A stretch of DNA of 64,000 nt from Carpediemonas membranifera BICM (Eukaryota > Protista > Fornicata): contig JAHDYR010000050.1 in the NCBI GenBank assembly GCA_019828565.1, forward strand, positions 58,512-122,511, given 5' to 3'. The stretch's first letter is position 1; every line of letters starts with the position of its first letter. Shown here piece by piece: positions 12,466 through 23,260 of the stretch. The notes beneath the pieces were generated by a model. It saw only the letters and a list, made by a program, of their open reading frames with translations, was not told the DNA's origin and made no database searches. A program made the position numbers and the translations under genes.

Positions 12466-12531
12466 GCTTGTTGAGCTCGTCGATCACTGCGTTCTTAAAC
12501 TGCGTCCCCTGGTCGCTCTGTATGCAGAGGG

Positions 12532-12660
12532 TGTGAAGGGTGCACTGCTTTATATGGCGACACCAATTGTGTCGAGTCGAGACGGCCATGACCGTATCGA
12601 GATCAGGGGATTATATGTAGAGGGTAATTATATGTATATATATTATATGTATATATCACA
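12532..12660 (-). repeat. 3' LTR of element B
   Basis: 129-bp direct repeat with an AT-rich tract. Confidence 0.95.
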
Positions 12661-12823
12661 CTACCCCCTCCCCACCCAAAAAAATAAATCCTCACTCCTG
12701 AGAAAAAAAAATCCAGGGCAAATCTCTGACCCTTGACGTAATCGTCCAGAAGTCGGCGGATAGTCCAGGAGTCGATAAATCGTCGAGGAGTCCGCAACAA
12801 CGAAGTTCGTCGTCGACATTTCC

Positions 12824-15800
12824 CTAATGGCGCTTCGGGATGGTTCCTTCCAGCCTTTTCCTACTTACTGATGTCAAAGTGTCCAAATAGTCGTCCAGAG
12901 CTCTTAGCTGCGCATTCGCCGCGTTCAACGGTTCCCAAGTGGCTTCATCTGGTTCAAAACCGGCCCATTCGATCAAGATGGCCGAACGATTCTTCCTACT
13001 ACCGAGCTTGTGGCCTACGATCCTTTCGACAACGAATTCCTGATGATCCCGTGCCGCTAAGCGCACCGCTTGCTCCATCGAGACCTTAGCCACGCTTATC
13101 CGTTCCTCATGGATCAGTACCACCTTGTGCGAGATTAAGTCCTTCATGCGCCAGGTGTTCGGGCTTTCCCCTTGCCCGACGGCCTGCATCGGTCCACGGG
13201 CCTTAGCAGTCAACTTCGTCTGTCTCGTTGCCCACCTCACAAAATAGAGGTCGCCAGTCCGTACCTTAGACTGAGACTCAGCCGGCTGTTTCGCAGCCTG
13301 GCGGCGTTCATACTCACCCACCGCTTGTTCCGCTGCCGCTCTGAAGCCCTGCCGAGCCCGTGCCCACTCTGCCAGATCCGCCGGGGCCCCGACAGCCTCC
13401 GCCATCGGTGCCAACTGCTCGGCCGACTTAAGAACGGCGGGTGAGATGCCGAAGAGGCATTGGAGTGGGCTCATGCCCCCTAGCGTGCTGTGTGGCGCGC
13501 TGTTAATCACCAGCTGCGCGACCGGGAGCCAGTGCTCCCACTGGTCGTCTTCCGCCTCCAACAACAGCTTGCGTAGAGCTCGGACCAACGTGCCATTGGC
13601 TCTCTCCACTATGCCATTACTAGCAGGATGATATGCGGTGGAGAATCGATGGTTGAGGGTCAGTCGAGTCGTGACTTGGTTGACGAGTTCATTTCGGAAC
13701 TGCGAGCCTTGGTCAGTCTGGATCGTCTGTGGTACTCCCCATCGACCACACACGCGGGCAACCACCTCGGCCGCCCCCTGGGCGTCGGTGCTCTTCACCG
13801 GGTAGACGTCCACGTACTTCGAGAACGCATCAATGACTACGACAACGTACTGGTTGCCGTGCGGTGATTGGGGGAGGGGCCCGATAGTATCAAGCTGCAC
13901 CACCTCGAATGGCTGCCTGTGCTGCGTGGAGTGCCAGGGGACTCTCGTACGCCCCGGTTCCCGTGCCTTCTGGCATATGGGGCACTCTTCGACCCACTGG
14001 CGAGTGAAGGGTCTAATCTCCTCCCATCGATCACCCGCCCGGTCCTGCATTGCTGCCAATGGAACGTGGCCCGCACTGCCCCCATGTAGAGACTCTAGTA
14101 ATGCACGAGCGTCGTCAGGAATCTGTTGCCGGTCGAGTAAGTTTGTCTCCATCGGCAGTCGGGATAGGGCATCCGCTACTACGTTGTCCTTCCCGGCTAC
14201 ATGCCGCAGCCTGAACGGATACTCGCCCAGGATAATCCTCCACCTCTCGAGCTTGGCGCTGAGGTCCTTCCGCTTGTGAAGGAATAGTAGGTTCTTGTGG
14301 TCGGAACACACAGTGAGGTCTGGGTGTAGCTTGAACAGCGGGGCGAGGTCGGGCTGTGTCACGCAGTGTACAATGGCGTATAGTTCCTTGTCATACGTCG
14401 ACCACCGCCCTTGAACTGCCGAGAACTTCTTGCTGAAAAAGGCAACTACCTGTTCTTCCCCTGGGTCACCCTGAAGCAGGACCCCGCCGATGCCCTCGTC
14501 AGAAGCATCAGTGTATAGCTGCCACGGCTTTGTCAGGTCGGGGAACACTAGCGCCGCTGCGTTCGCTACCGTCTCTGCGAGCTCGCGTACTATGCCGTCG
14601 TGCTCGTCGGTCCACTGCCCCATATCCTTGATCTCGTAGAGCGGGGCGAGGACCCTCTGGCAGTCCGGTATGAACCTTGCCAGATAGTTGAATTTTCCAA
14701 TGATGCCGCGGAGATCTGTCATGTTGTTGGGCCTAGCTAGGGCCCTGAGCGAGGCAATCCTCGACTCCGACACGCGACTGCCGGTTCCGTCAATGACGAA
14801 CCCGACCACTTCCACGCTCTTGGCTCTGAACGTGCACTTCTTGGGTGCCAGCCTTAGTCTGGCCGCTCTCAAACACTCGAAGACCGTCCGGAGTGTAGCA
14901 AGGTATTCCTCTGCCGTCCGGGCATAGTTCAGAATATCGTCGATGTACACGCAAGCGCCCTTGTGCAAGACTGGTGCCAGGCTGCGCTGCATCTCCCGCT
15001 GGAACACCGCAGGAGCATTCCTCAAGCCGAACGGCGTGCGAACAAACTCGCAATAGTCGTCGGGGGTGACGAACCCCGTCTTGAAAACGTCTTCGGGCCG
15101 GACCTTCATCTGATGGTACCCTGAAGTGAGGTCCATACTGCTGAACCACTCAGCACCTGCGGCCTCGTGGACGAAGGACCGTAGGTCCGGCAGCGGGAAC
15201 CGGTCCGGCTTGGTTACGTTGTTGACCGCAGTGAGGTCCACACAGAGTCGAATAGCCCCATCCTTCTTCGTGGCGACCACTATTGGGCTTGCCCACGGCC
15301 CACGGCAGTCTCGGATAATACCTTCCCGCTTCAACCGGCGGACTTCCTGCCGCACTAACTCCCGCTTAGGGGGTCCCAGGTGTCTCGGGCGGCTCTGGAT
15401 GAGCGCGTCTTCGGATGTATCTATGACCATGGGGCCAAGGGTAGAGCCCTCCGGGGGTAGTCCCCCGAACAGCTCGGCAAACTCCCGGATCAGCGCCCAT
15501 ATGTCGGGAGCTATGTCTGAATCCGGCACAGTGATGGCCGACAGTGAGTCATCCAACGTCTCCTCCACCTGATTAATCTCAACATCAATGTCATCCCCAT
15601 CGTCGCCATCCTCGGCCTTATCGATGAGCCTGATGAAGAGTTCATCGTTCGTCACGACTCCGAGCTCGCGAAGAATGTCTAGACCGACGATGGTCTTGAC
15701 CGGAGCGCCTGGGAGTACCACTAGCCGTACCTGTATCTCGACGTCAACCGGCGTCAGCCTCTCCAATATTATTGTAGCGGTGGCATAGGTGTTTGTCTTC

Positions 15801-16798
15801 GACACTCGCTGATCAGCGGTCACGTAGTGTATCGTTGGCCCGGTGCAAGTTGGTAAGTGAAATTGTTCCACTGCTCCCTCCGTCACCGCTGAGAACGTCG
15901 CCCCTGTATCCAAACGAAACGAACACTGCTGGCCATTTATTTGGCCGGAGGTCATGAGGGGCTTGGCGTTCTCTAGGAGGTTCACCTCGGGCTTGCCTGT
16001 CGGACACTGGGAGTCCCAGTGCCAGCCACCGCAGCTAGAGCAAGGGCGATGGGGAGGCTTCTTGGCCGGGTCGACGTCATTGGCCTTGTCGGAGCTGTTG
16101 TGGCGGGCCTCGCGACGATCGGCTGGAGAAGAGCGACTGTCGGACGGAGAAGGCTTGGAGGTCTGGCCTCGGGGCTTCTTGGACTTGGTCTTTGCCTGGG
16201 GCGGCCTATAATAGCCGTAACGTTCGGCTTCTTGGCGGGCCGCGTCGTCTCGCTTTGCTTCTCGGTTGGCTAGGGAGTACATTTCCTTGAGGTTCGAGGG
16301 GCGCTTGACTTTGGCCGCAAATTTGACCGCCTCTCGGAACGGCTTCGGCTCCAGGGCATCGATGAAGAGCTTCATTGCTTGGCGCTCCATCTGTGAGACG
16401 TGGTCCTCAATGAGGCCACCCTCACTCTCTGACTCCGAGTCGCTGTCCTCCATGTCGACGAATGTCGCACGGAAGGACCGAATAAACTGGCGAATGAGTG
16501 CTACACGTTCGGAATGTTCGTCTGTGGGGCAAATGAGGCTTTGGAGCTTTGACTTAAGCTCGGCAGTGGATGACGGAGCCAAAAAGCGATGCAAGTAGTC
16601 CGCGATGGTTTCGTCGTCTTCGTCGATGAGATTCTCCTCTCCGAAGAAGTCTTCCAGGAGGTCCAGCGTCTCGGGAGCCATGAAGGTAGCCATACGAACG
16701 TTGCGGTCTCTTGTAATTGCCTTGAGACGGGCAAGATCCGTTTGGAAACGGCGTAGGTCTTCAGAATTAAAGTCGGCATCGAGCGACGGGACAATCAT
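12824..16798 (-). CDS. gag-pol: Single-ORF Gag-Pol polyprotein (Gag, CCHC knuckle, protease, RT, RNase H, integrase, chromodomain)
   Basis: CSSCGGWHWDSQC, LDTGA, VYIDD, YTDAS, H..H..CPIC, QLDTIG/TDQG/VER, VVERIVGHK..IEWAGF. Confidence 0.97.
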   Translation of the reverse strand: MIVPSLDADFNSEDLRRFQTDLARLKAITRDRNVRMATFMAPETLDLLEDFFGEENLIDEDDETIADYLHRFLAPSSTAELKSKLQSLICPTDEHSERVALIRQFIRSFRATFVDMEDSDSESESEGGLIEDHVSQMERQAMKLFIDALEPKPFREAVKFAAKVKRPSNLKEMYSLANREAKRDDAARQEAERYGYYRPPQAKTKSKKPRGQTSKPSPSDSRSSPADRREARHNSSDKANDVDPAKKPPHRPCSSCGGWHWDSQCPTGKPEVNLLENAKPLMTSGQINGQQCSFRLDTGATFSAVTEGAVEQFHLPTCTGPTIHYVTADQRVSKTNTYATATIILERLTPVDVEIQVRLVVLPGAPVKTIVGLDILRELGVVTNDELFIRLIDKAEDGDDGDDIDVEINQVEETLDDSLSAITVPDSDIAPDIWALIREFAELFGGLPPEGSTLGPMVIDTSEDALIQSRPRHLGPPKRELVRQEVRRLKREGIIRDCRGPWASPIVVATKKDGAIRLCVDLTAVNNVTKPDRFPLPDLRSFVHEAAGAEWFSSMDLTSGYHQMKVRPEDVFKTGFVTPDDYCEFVRTPFGLRNAPAVFQREMQRSLAPVLHKGACVYIDDILNYARTAEEYLATLRTVFECLRAARLRLAPKKCTFRAKSVEVVGFVIDGTGSRVSESRIASLRALARPNNMTDLRGIIGKFNYLARFIPDCQRVLAPLYEIKDMGQWTDEHDGIVRELAETVANAAALVFPDLTKPWQLYTDASDEGIGGVLLQGDPGEEQVVAFFSKKFSAVQGRWSTYDKELYAIVHCVTQPDLAPLFKLHPDLTVCSDHKNLLFLHKRKDLSAKLERWRIILGEYPFRLRHVAGKDNVVADALSRLPMETNLLDRQQIPDDARALLESLHGGSAGHVPLAAMQDRAGDRWEEIRPFTRQWVEECPICQKAREPGRTRVPWHSTQHRQPFEVVQLDTIGPLPQSPHGNQYVVVVIDAFSKYVDVYPVKSTDAQGAAEVVARVCGRWGVPQTIQTDQGSQFRNELVNQVTTRLTLNHRFSTAYHPASNGIVERANGTLVRALRKLLLEAEDDQWEHWLPVAQLVINSAPHSTLGGMSPLQCLFGISPAVLKSAEQLAPMAEAVGAPADLAEWARARQGFRAAAEQAVGEYERRQAAKQPAESQSKVRTGDLYFVRWATRQTKLTAKARGPMQAVGQGESPNTWRMKDLISHKVVLIHEERISVAKVSMEQAVRLAARDHQEFVVERIVGHKLGSRKNRSAILIEWAGFEPDEATWEPLNAANAQLRALDDYLDTLTSVSRKRLEGTIPKRH

Positions 16799-16828
16799 TG
16801 CTGGGGATCATTACCGCAGTGTTAACAC

Positions 16829-16958
16829 TGTGAAGGGTGCACTGCTTTATATGGCGACACCAATTGTGTCGAGTCGAGACGGCCATTGACCGTATCGAGA
16901 TCAGGGGATTATATGTAGAGGGTAATTATATGTATATATATTATATGTATATATCACA
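16829..16958 (-). repeat. 5' LTR of element B
   Basis: 130-bp direct repeat of 12532-12660. Confidence 0.95.
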
Positions 16959-19541
16959 AGGGGGGCGCCGAACAGTGACCAGACGTCCAGCATGGCGCTG
17001 GCTGCCTCGTCGGCTCCGGTGGAATGCACCGGCTTCAGCACGACGAACTTGGAGAACACGTCGATGAAGACAATGACGTGCTTGAAACCGTCGATGTCGG
17101 GCAGGGGCCCGATGGTGTCGATTTGAACCGACTCGAAGGGCGTGCCCTTCTGGGTGGAGTGCCACGGTGCCGTAGTCTTTGGGTGGGGCCGGAGCTTTTG
17201 GCAAATCGGGCACGTGGCGACGAATTCTTTGACGTCCTGTGCCATGGTGGCTCAAGACTGACCCGACTCGCGAAGGTTAGCGAGGGTCTGCTTGACGGAA
17301 ACGTGGCCGTTGGCTCCGCCGTGAGCGGTGGTGATCATCTGATTGATCTCGCTTGTGATTTCCAGAATGTGCCCGCTTGGACGCGAAAGTGCGTCAGCGA
17401 CGACGTTTGTGGCTCCAGGTATGTGTTGTATCTCGAATGTGTACTCGCTGAGGATGAGGCGCCATCTCGTGAGCTTCCTCGTGCCCTCTTCCGATTTCTG
17501 CAGCAACCAGACAATGTTTCGGTGATCTGTAAGAACTTTGAATGGCTTCAGCTTCAGTATCTGGGAGAATTCCGGTCTTGTAATGCAATAGACGATAGCA
17601 TAGAGCTCCTGCTCAATGGTTGCCCAGCGTTGCTGGGTCTCCGAGAATGTCTTGCTGAAGAAGGCTAGCGGCTTCTTTGAGCCGTCAGCCTCGTGCTGCC
17701 ACAGCACACCGCCCGCCGCGATGGCTGAAGCGTTCGTTTCAAGCGACCATGGGCGTTCCCAGTTAGGGAGAGCGAGGGCTGTGTGGCGGGTGCAGAGCTT
17801 CTTAAGCTCGTCGAAGGCCTTGTCATGTACTTCTGTCCAGTCAAGGCGGTCGCCCTTGTCGGGCGAGCCCTTCGGGAGGGCGTTGAGGGTTGCCGCTGCG
17901 GCGCCGAGGTCCGGGATGAAGTTGGAAAGATGATTAAACTTGCCCATTGTCCTTCTCAGTTCCGTGACCGTTGTCGGGCGGGTCAGCTCGAGCAGGGCCG
18001 CAATACGGCCGGGGCTGACTGCGTGGCCAGCTTGGTTGACGATGAAGCCGCAAACTTCGACTTCCTTTGCCCCAACGACGCACTTGTCCGCGCGGAGTCG
18101 GAGGTCGTTGGCCTCTAGGCAGGCCAGCACGGCGTCCATCGTCTGGAGAAAATCTTCCGCGGTTTTCGCGAAGACGAAAATGTCGTCGACGTAGACTCGC
18201 ACTCCGGCAATGTCGCCGAGAATGCTCTCCATAGCTCGTTGGAACTTACCAGGAGCGTTCTTCAGTCCGAATGGAACTCTCAGAAACTCGAACTGGTGAC
18301 CAGGAACGACAAACGATGTCAGTGGGATGCTGTCTGGTTTGAGCTTCTGCTGCCAACAGCCGGAACGGAGATTTAGGGACGCAAAATAGCTACATCCCGT
18401 CGCCTCGTGAGGGAATTCCCTCAGATCGGGGAGTGGAAAGTTGTCCGCGATCGTGGCGTCGTTGAGCCCGTTATAGGCGACGCAGAATCGAGGCTCGCCG
18501 TTCTTCTTGGTGGCCATCGTATGGGGGCTTGTGTACTGTGACTGGCTCGGACGGATAACGCCAAGGGCGGTCATCTTCTCGATCTCACCCAGCGCTCCCG
18601 TTCCCGGTTTGCCGACGAGTGGCCGTGGGCGGGACTTCAAGTGGAGGGGCTGCGAGAGCTCTATCCGATGAGGTTCAAGCTTGCTGCCGTCGATGGGGAG
18701 TACGGGGTTGAAGACCCCGCTTCGTCTGGCCAGGAGATCCTTGACTTATTGAACGAACTCGGGCCCGTGGTCGTCGGGGACCCGGACTTTCGCAAGCTCG
18801 TCGGTGGAGCTGGTCTCTTCAACGCATAAGTCAACGTCGAGCATCGAGTGCTCCTCCAAGTCGTCTGTGTCTTCGAGCTTACCGGGCATTATGAGCAGCC
18901 GGTCGTTGTGAATATAGCCGAGGTGGGTGAGGAGGTCGCGTCCGAGGAGGATGCGCTCCCTCTCTCCGTGGATGTCATGGAATGTCCACGTCAGGCCGAC
19001 GGTCCTGCCGTCAGCGCTTGGCAGTTCGATCGTGGTAACGATCTTCTCCTGGGTGGAGATCACGCGGTCGTCGGCTGCGCGGAGTACGACGTCGGAGTGC
19101 TCCCTGGGGAGGGCCAGCCGGTCTGCGAGAGCCTCGCTGACTATACAGACGTCAGCCCCGCTGTCGAGTTTGCCTGGGAGGTTGATGGTCGGGTCGGGGT
19201 GTGTGATCACTTGATGAACACTTGACTGTTCTTGCCGTACGTTGCCGTGAATGGTCACGGGGACCGTGATTGGTGCCTCCGACGTGAGGACCTCGTCAAT
19301 GTTGGCCTTTTGGCCTGGTACGGCAGTGCACTGTTCGGTAGTGTGGCGCTGCCAGCAGTGGACCTTACAGAACTTGTCCCCGGGGACGATATAGTGGGCC
19401 TTGTCCTTATACTGGACATATGGATCAGGGCCAATGACCTTCTGAGCCGCGGGCTTGCCGTTGCTCGGTCCTTCCTTCGGGTTCAGGCTGCCGCTAGCGC
19501 CGTGGCGAGATGAAGAGTTCGAGCCTCCGGAACCATGATTG
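16959..19541 (-). pseudogene. Element A gag C-terminus, protease, RT, RNase H and integrase N-terminus (decayed)
   Basis: FCKVHCWQRHTTEQC knuckle, LDSGAD, VYVDD. In-frame stop at 18746; catalytic Asp replaced by Asn in SLNLRSG and ETNAS. Confidence 0.92.
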
Positions 19542-21350
19542 TGTGAAGCGAACTGTTTATAGGTAAACCGTCTAAAGGTAAAAATGGTCTAAAATACCGT
19601 GACACCACCCTCTCTTTGGAAGAAAACCCCTCCTGGGGAGCAAAAGAAACCAAAGAGGGACCTTAAACGTAATTAGCAAGGTTCTTACGGGCCTTCCGAG
19701 CACGGCGCTTAACCTCTTCGACGTGGGACACAGACCTTAGGTGCTGTTCCGTGCGTTCATCATAGTGTTTCCACTTAATGGTCACCATACCGGTTTTCCA
19801 GTCGATCTTCTCGATCTTTTCGATCTCAAACTGTTCCTTATCGGATTCGGCTAATTGCTTCATTTGAGTCTCTTCAAGATCTGTCTCAAATGGCATCAGT
19901 TTGTCGACGTGGGTAACTCTAATGTCTCCTGTGACAATAGATTGCAGCTTCACCTTATGGTTCGGCAGTACCTCGTGAATCTTCCACGGGCCTCTGTTCG
20001 GGCAGTCGAGCTTCTTGGGGTTTTCATGTTTCCATAGGACATAGTCACCTACTTCTACCCCCTTCGTCTCGATCTGGCTCCTGGCGGATGTGCCTTCCCT
20101 TACGGAGTCTTCCAGTGTCCTTAGGACCTCCTGGAGAGATTGCTTGAACTCAACAATCCTCTTGTCGCCCCACTCTGCCGCGTCCCACTCAGTGGAAAAT
20201 AGGTTGTGAGGCTGACCGAATATTAATTCATGAGGGGAGAACTGCGTAGCAGTGTGTGTCGTGCCATTAAGTATCATTTGAACGGTTGGCACCAATGTTG
20301 CCCACTCGTCTCGGCTCGCAATAGCGAGGACCATCCACCTTAAGTGGCGGCCAATCTCTGCATTTCTCCTCTCCACCAGCCCATTACTCTGGGGGTGATA
20401 TGGGATCGTGAAGTGCCGAAGCACCTTCAGCTCCGTGAGCATCGCGTCCAGTATGGAGTTTGCGTATTCCGGACCCCCATCAGATTGGAGTTCGAGGGGG
20501 ACACCGTATCTCGTAAATACTCGGTCCCATAGGGCCTGTGCAACTGTGCGTGCGTCATCGCTGGCTACGGGGATAAGCTCCGTATACCTAGTGAACATGT
20601 CAACTGCTGTGACGATGTATCGTGCCCCCAGATTATCCAAGGGCAGTGGTCCAATGGTTTCCACAGCCACGGTCTCCCATGGCTTGCCTCTAAGGCTGGA
20701 TCCTGCTTCGACCTCAATGTAGTTTCTTATTCTCGACTTGAGGCAGATCGGGCACCGCTTAACGGTTCGTCTGACATCATTCAGCATGCTAGGCCAAAAA
20801 AACATCTTCTTCAGCATCTGATACGTGGCATTTGAGCCAGTGTGGAATTGATGTGCCAACTGCAGGAAGGTGTCGCGTAGCTTACCGTCCGGGATGATCG
20901 GGACTCCTTGTACGAAGTACGTAGAGTCCACCAGGGTGCAGCCGTCTAGGCCTTCCCAACCGATCCTATGTTCCTCAGGGAGGCTGGCCTGGGCCTCGCT
21001 GATATCCCATAGGGACGGTCTCACCTCGCTCTCCTCTGCTTCTAGCAGATTTAAGGAGTGTGAGTCCCGGCAGGTGCTCTGCACCCGCGACAGCATATCT
21101 GCCATGACGTTAGCGTTACCAGATATATGACTAATGGTGAACGTGTAGTCCGATAGGACGGTAACCCAGCGAAGGAGCTTCTTTGATAGCTCTTTCATCT
21201 GTAGTAAATATACCAAGTTGCGGTGATCCGTATGAATCTGGATATCATCCTTCAACCTAAAGAGTTGGGCCATATCGGGCCGCGTCAGGCAGTATATGAT
21301 CGCATGAAGCTCTTGTTCATACGTGGGCCACCTGGACTGAGTGTGTGCCG
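19542..21350 (-). mobile_element. Ty3/gypsy element C, 3' part (RNase H, integrase, chromodomain, ~63-bp 3' LTR)
   Basis: ORF 19663-21273 with HTDHRNL, CPIC, SDGGPEY, YHPQSNGLVER. PPT at 19605-19616; TGTGA..TGACA segment 19542-19604. Confidence 0.85.
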
Positions 21351-21418
21351 TGTTACGAATGAGTTTTATGCAACCAACTCCCGCAGTTTAGGGTCACACT
21401 TCCCCCCATGCGGACGCA

Positions 21419-23260
21419 TTAACGGCGCCCGGAACTGCGGAACTTCTTCTTGGCGGCGGCGAACGCGGCTTCATGCTCTGGATGAGCGACGAGGTAATCA
21501 TCGAGAGCCGCTAGCTGGTCATAGTACCGGTTATAGGGTACATAGGAGTCTTCGTCGGGTGTGAGGCCTTCCCAACGGATGAGGAGCTCCAATGAGCCGT
21601 TCTTCTTCTTCTTGTGACCGACGATCTCCTTGACGGGCTGTTCGCCTTGCTCGAAAGCGGCGATCCGCTCGAGCTCGGTGTCGGATAAATCGGTCTCGAA
21701 TCGGACCAGTCTGTCGGCGTGGACCGTGCTGACGCATCTTGTGACGAGGTCACGGACGCGGTAGGTGTTCGGGTGTTCGCCCTTCCCCTCCATGCGGAAG
21801 GGTCCGCGCAGGGGGGTGTAGATCTTAGCCGGGGGCTTGCCCGGGTAGCGCAGGAGAACGTATTGTTCTCTCTCCCACGCATGAGTGTCTGCTGTGGCCT
21901 TGGCCTTGCGCGCCTCGTACGCGCGAATCTTGACGCGGGCGAGGGCTTGTAGAGCGGCTACTTCCTCCTGGAAGCGGACAATCTCACCTTCATCAACGCT
22001 CCCAGGGGTGCAGCTCTTCGTGGCGTTTGCCAGAGCGATCGGGGCGACCCGTAGCGTCGATTCTTTGCCGAACAGCAGTTCGAAAGGGGAGCGACCGGTG
22101 GTGGCGTGGCGGGTAGAGTTGATGACGTGTTGAGCGAGCGGTAAATAGGCGGGCCAGTTGCCGTCCTCTGCGTCTAGGAGGAGCGCTCTCATGCGAGACA
22201 TGATCGTGCCGTTGAGTCGTTCAACGACTCCGTTGCTGGCCGGATGGTAAGGGGTTGAGAACCTGTGCTGAAGACTGATGATGGCGTTACACTCGGCAAT
22301 GAGGGCGTTACGGAATTGAGTGCCCTGGTCGGTTTGAATCTCCTTTGGGACTCCGAACGTGGACCACACATCCAGCATCGCTGCTGCAGCCTCTTCGGCC
22401 TTTGTAGTAGCGACCGGACGGAGGATCGTGAACTTGGAGAAGACATCCACGATCGTGATGATGTAGGACATGCCGGCCTCTTCCGGAAGGGGGTCTATTG
22501 TGTCAAGCTGGACCGTCTCGAAGGGCTTGAGTCGCTGCGTGGAGTGCCACTTCGTCTTCTCGCGGGCAGGGGGTCTAACCTTCTGGCAGACGGCGCAACT
22601 TCTGAGGGTCTCCCGGACGTCCGATTTCATGTCGGGCCAAGACTGCCCGGCGTTGCGGAGATTTTCCATCGTCTGAGCGACGCTGACGTGGCCCTGTGCA
22701 CCGGCGTGGGCCTGGTTGATGAGGTGACGGTGAGAACTGGAGACCTGTTCGATAGCGGCCTTGAGGTCGTCTCGGTCCTCTGGGACGCTGCTAGGACGGG
22801 ACAGCGAGTCGGCGACGACATTGTGGACGCCCTTGATGTGGGCGATGGAGTAGGGGTATTCGGTCATTGTCAGGCGCCAGCGAGTAAGCTTTTTCGTGCC
22901 CTCCTCGTCCGTCTTTCTCAGGAGCCAAATAAGGTTCCGGTGATCGGTTCTGAGAGAGAACGGCTTAATCTTAAGGAGGGCTGAGAACTCCGGTCGAGTT
23001 ACACAGTGGATGATCGCGTAAAGCTCCTGTTCGACGGTCGACCACCTTTGCTGAGTCTCGTCCAAGGTCTTGGAATAAAAAGCGAGGGGAACCTTCTCAA
23101 CTCCTTCGCCCTGCCAGAGGACCCCGCCGATCGCTACTGAGGAGGCATCGGTCTCCAAGGTCCAGGGCTTGTCTAAGTCTGGGAGGGCGAGCGCCGAGTG
23201 TTCGGTGACCAGGTCTTTCATCTTAGCGAAAGCGGCGTCCTGCTCGGCGCCCCAGGCCAC
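21419..23260 (-). CDS. Element D RNase H-integrase-chromodomain
   Basis: ETDAS, CAVC, TDQGTQF, YHPASNGVVER, PVKEIVGHK..LIRWEG. Confidence 0.93.
   Translation of the reverse strand: MAWGAEQDAAFAKMKDLVTEHSALALPDLDKPWTLETDASSVAIGGVLWQGEGVEKVPLAFYSKTLDETQQRWSTVEQELYAIIHCVTRPEFSALLKIKPFSLRTDHRNLIWLLRKTDEEGTKKLTRWRLTMTEYPYSIAHIKGVHNVVADSLSRPSSVPEDRDDLKAAIEQVSSSHRHLINQAHAGAQGHVSVAQTMENLRNAGQSWPDMKSDVRETLRSCAVCQKVRPPAREKTKWHSTQRLKPFETVQLDTIDPLPEEAGMSYIITIVDVFSKFTILRPVATTKAEEAAAAMLDVWSTFGVPKEIQTDQGTQFRNALIAECNAIISLQHRFSTPYHPASNGVVERLNGTIMSRMRALLLDAEDGNWPAYLPLAQHVINSTRHATTGRSPFELLFGKESTLRVAPIALANATKSCTPGSVDEGEIVRFQEEVAALQALARVKIRAYEARKAKATADTHAWEREQYVLLRYPGKPPAKIYTPLRGPFRMEGKGEHPNTYRVRDLVTRCVSTVHADRLVRFETDLSDTELERIAAFEQGEQPVKEIVGHKKKKNGSLELLIRWEGLTPDEDSYVPYNRYYDQLAALDDYLVAHPEHEAAFAAAKKKFRSSGRR

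Larger units (their letters stand above)
12532..16958 (-). mobile_element. Intact Ty3/gypsy chromovirus-type element B, 4-bp TSD AGGG
   Basis: LTRs 12532-12660 and 16829-16958 (TGTGA..TCACA, one indel apart). AGGG flanks both sides; PPT 12661-12677. Confidence 0.96.
8232..19541 (-). mobile_element. Ty3/gypsy element A, interrupted by elements E, B and C
   Basis: Integrase reads through once the inserts are removed: ..WSLFGAPL (16959+) / CIQSDQGTQFKNAVIDELNK (12466-12531) / RLSLQHRFSTAYHPQSNG (from 9183). PPT at 8297-8307; the 3' LTR starts TGTCGAG at 8296. Its far boundary is uncertain (8232 or 7817). Confidence 0.85.
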
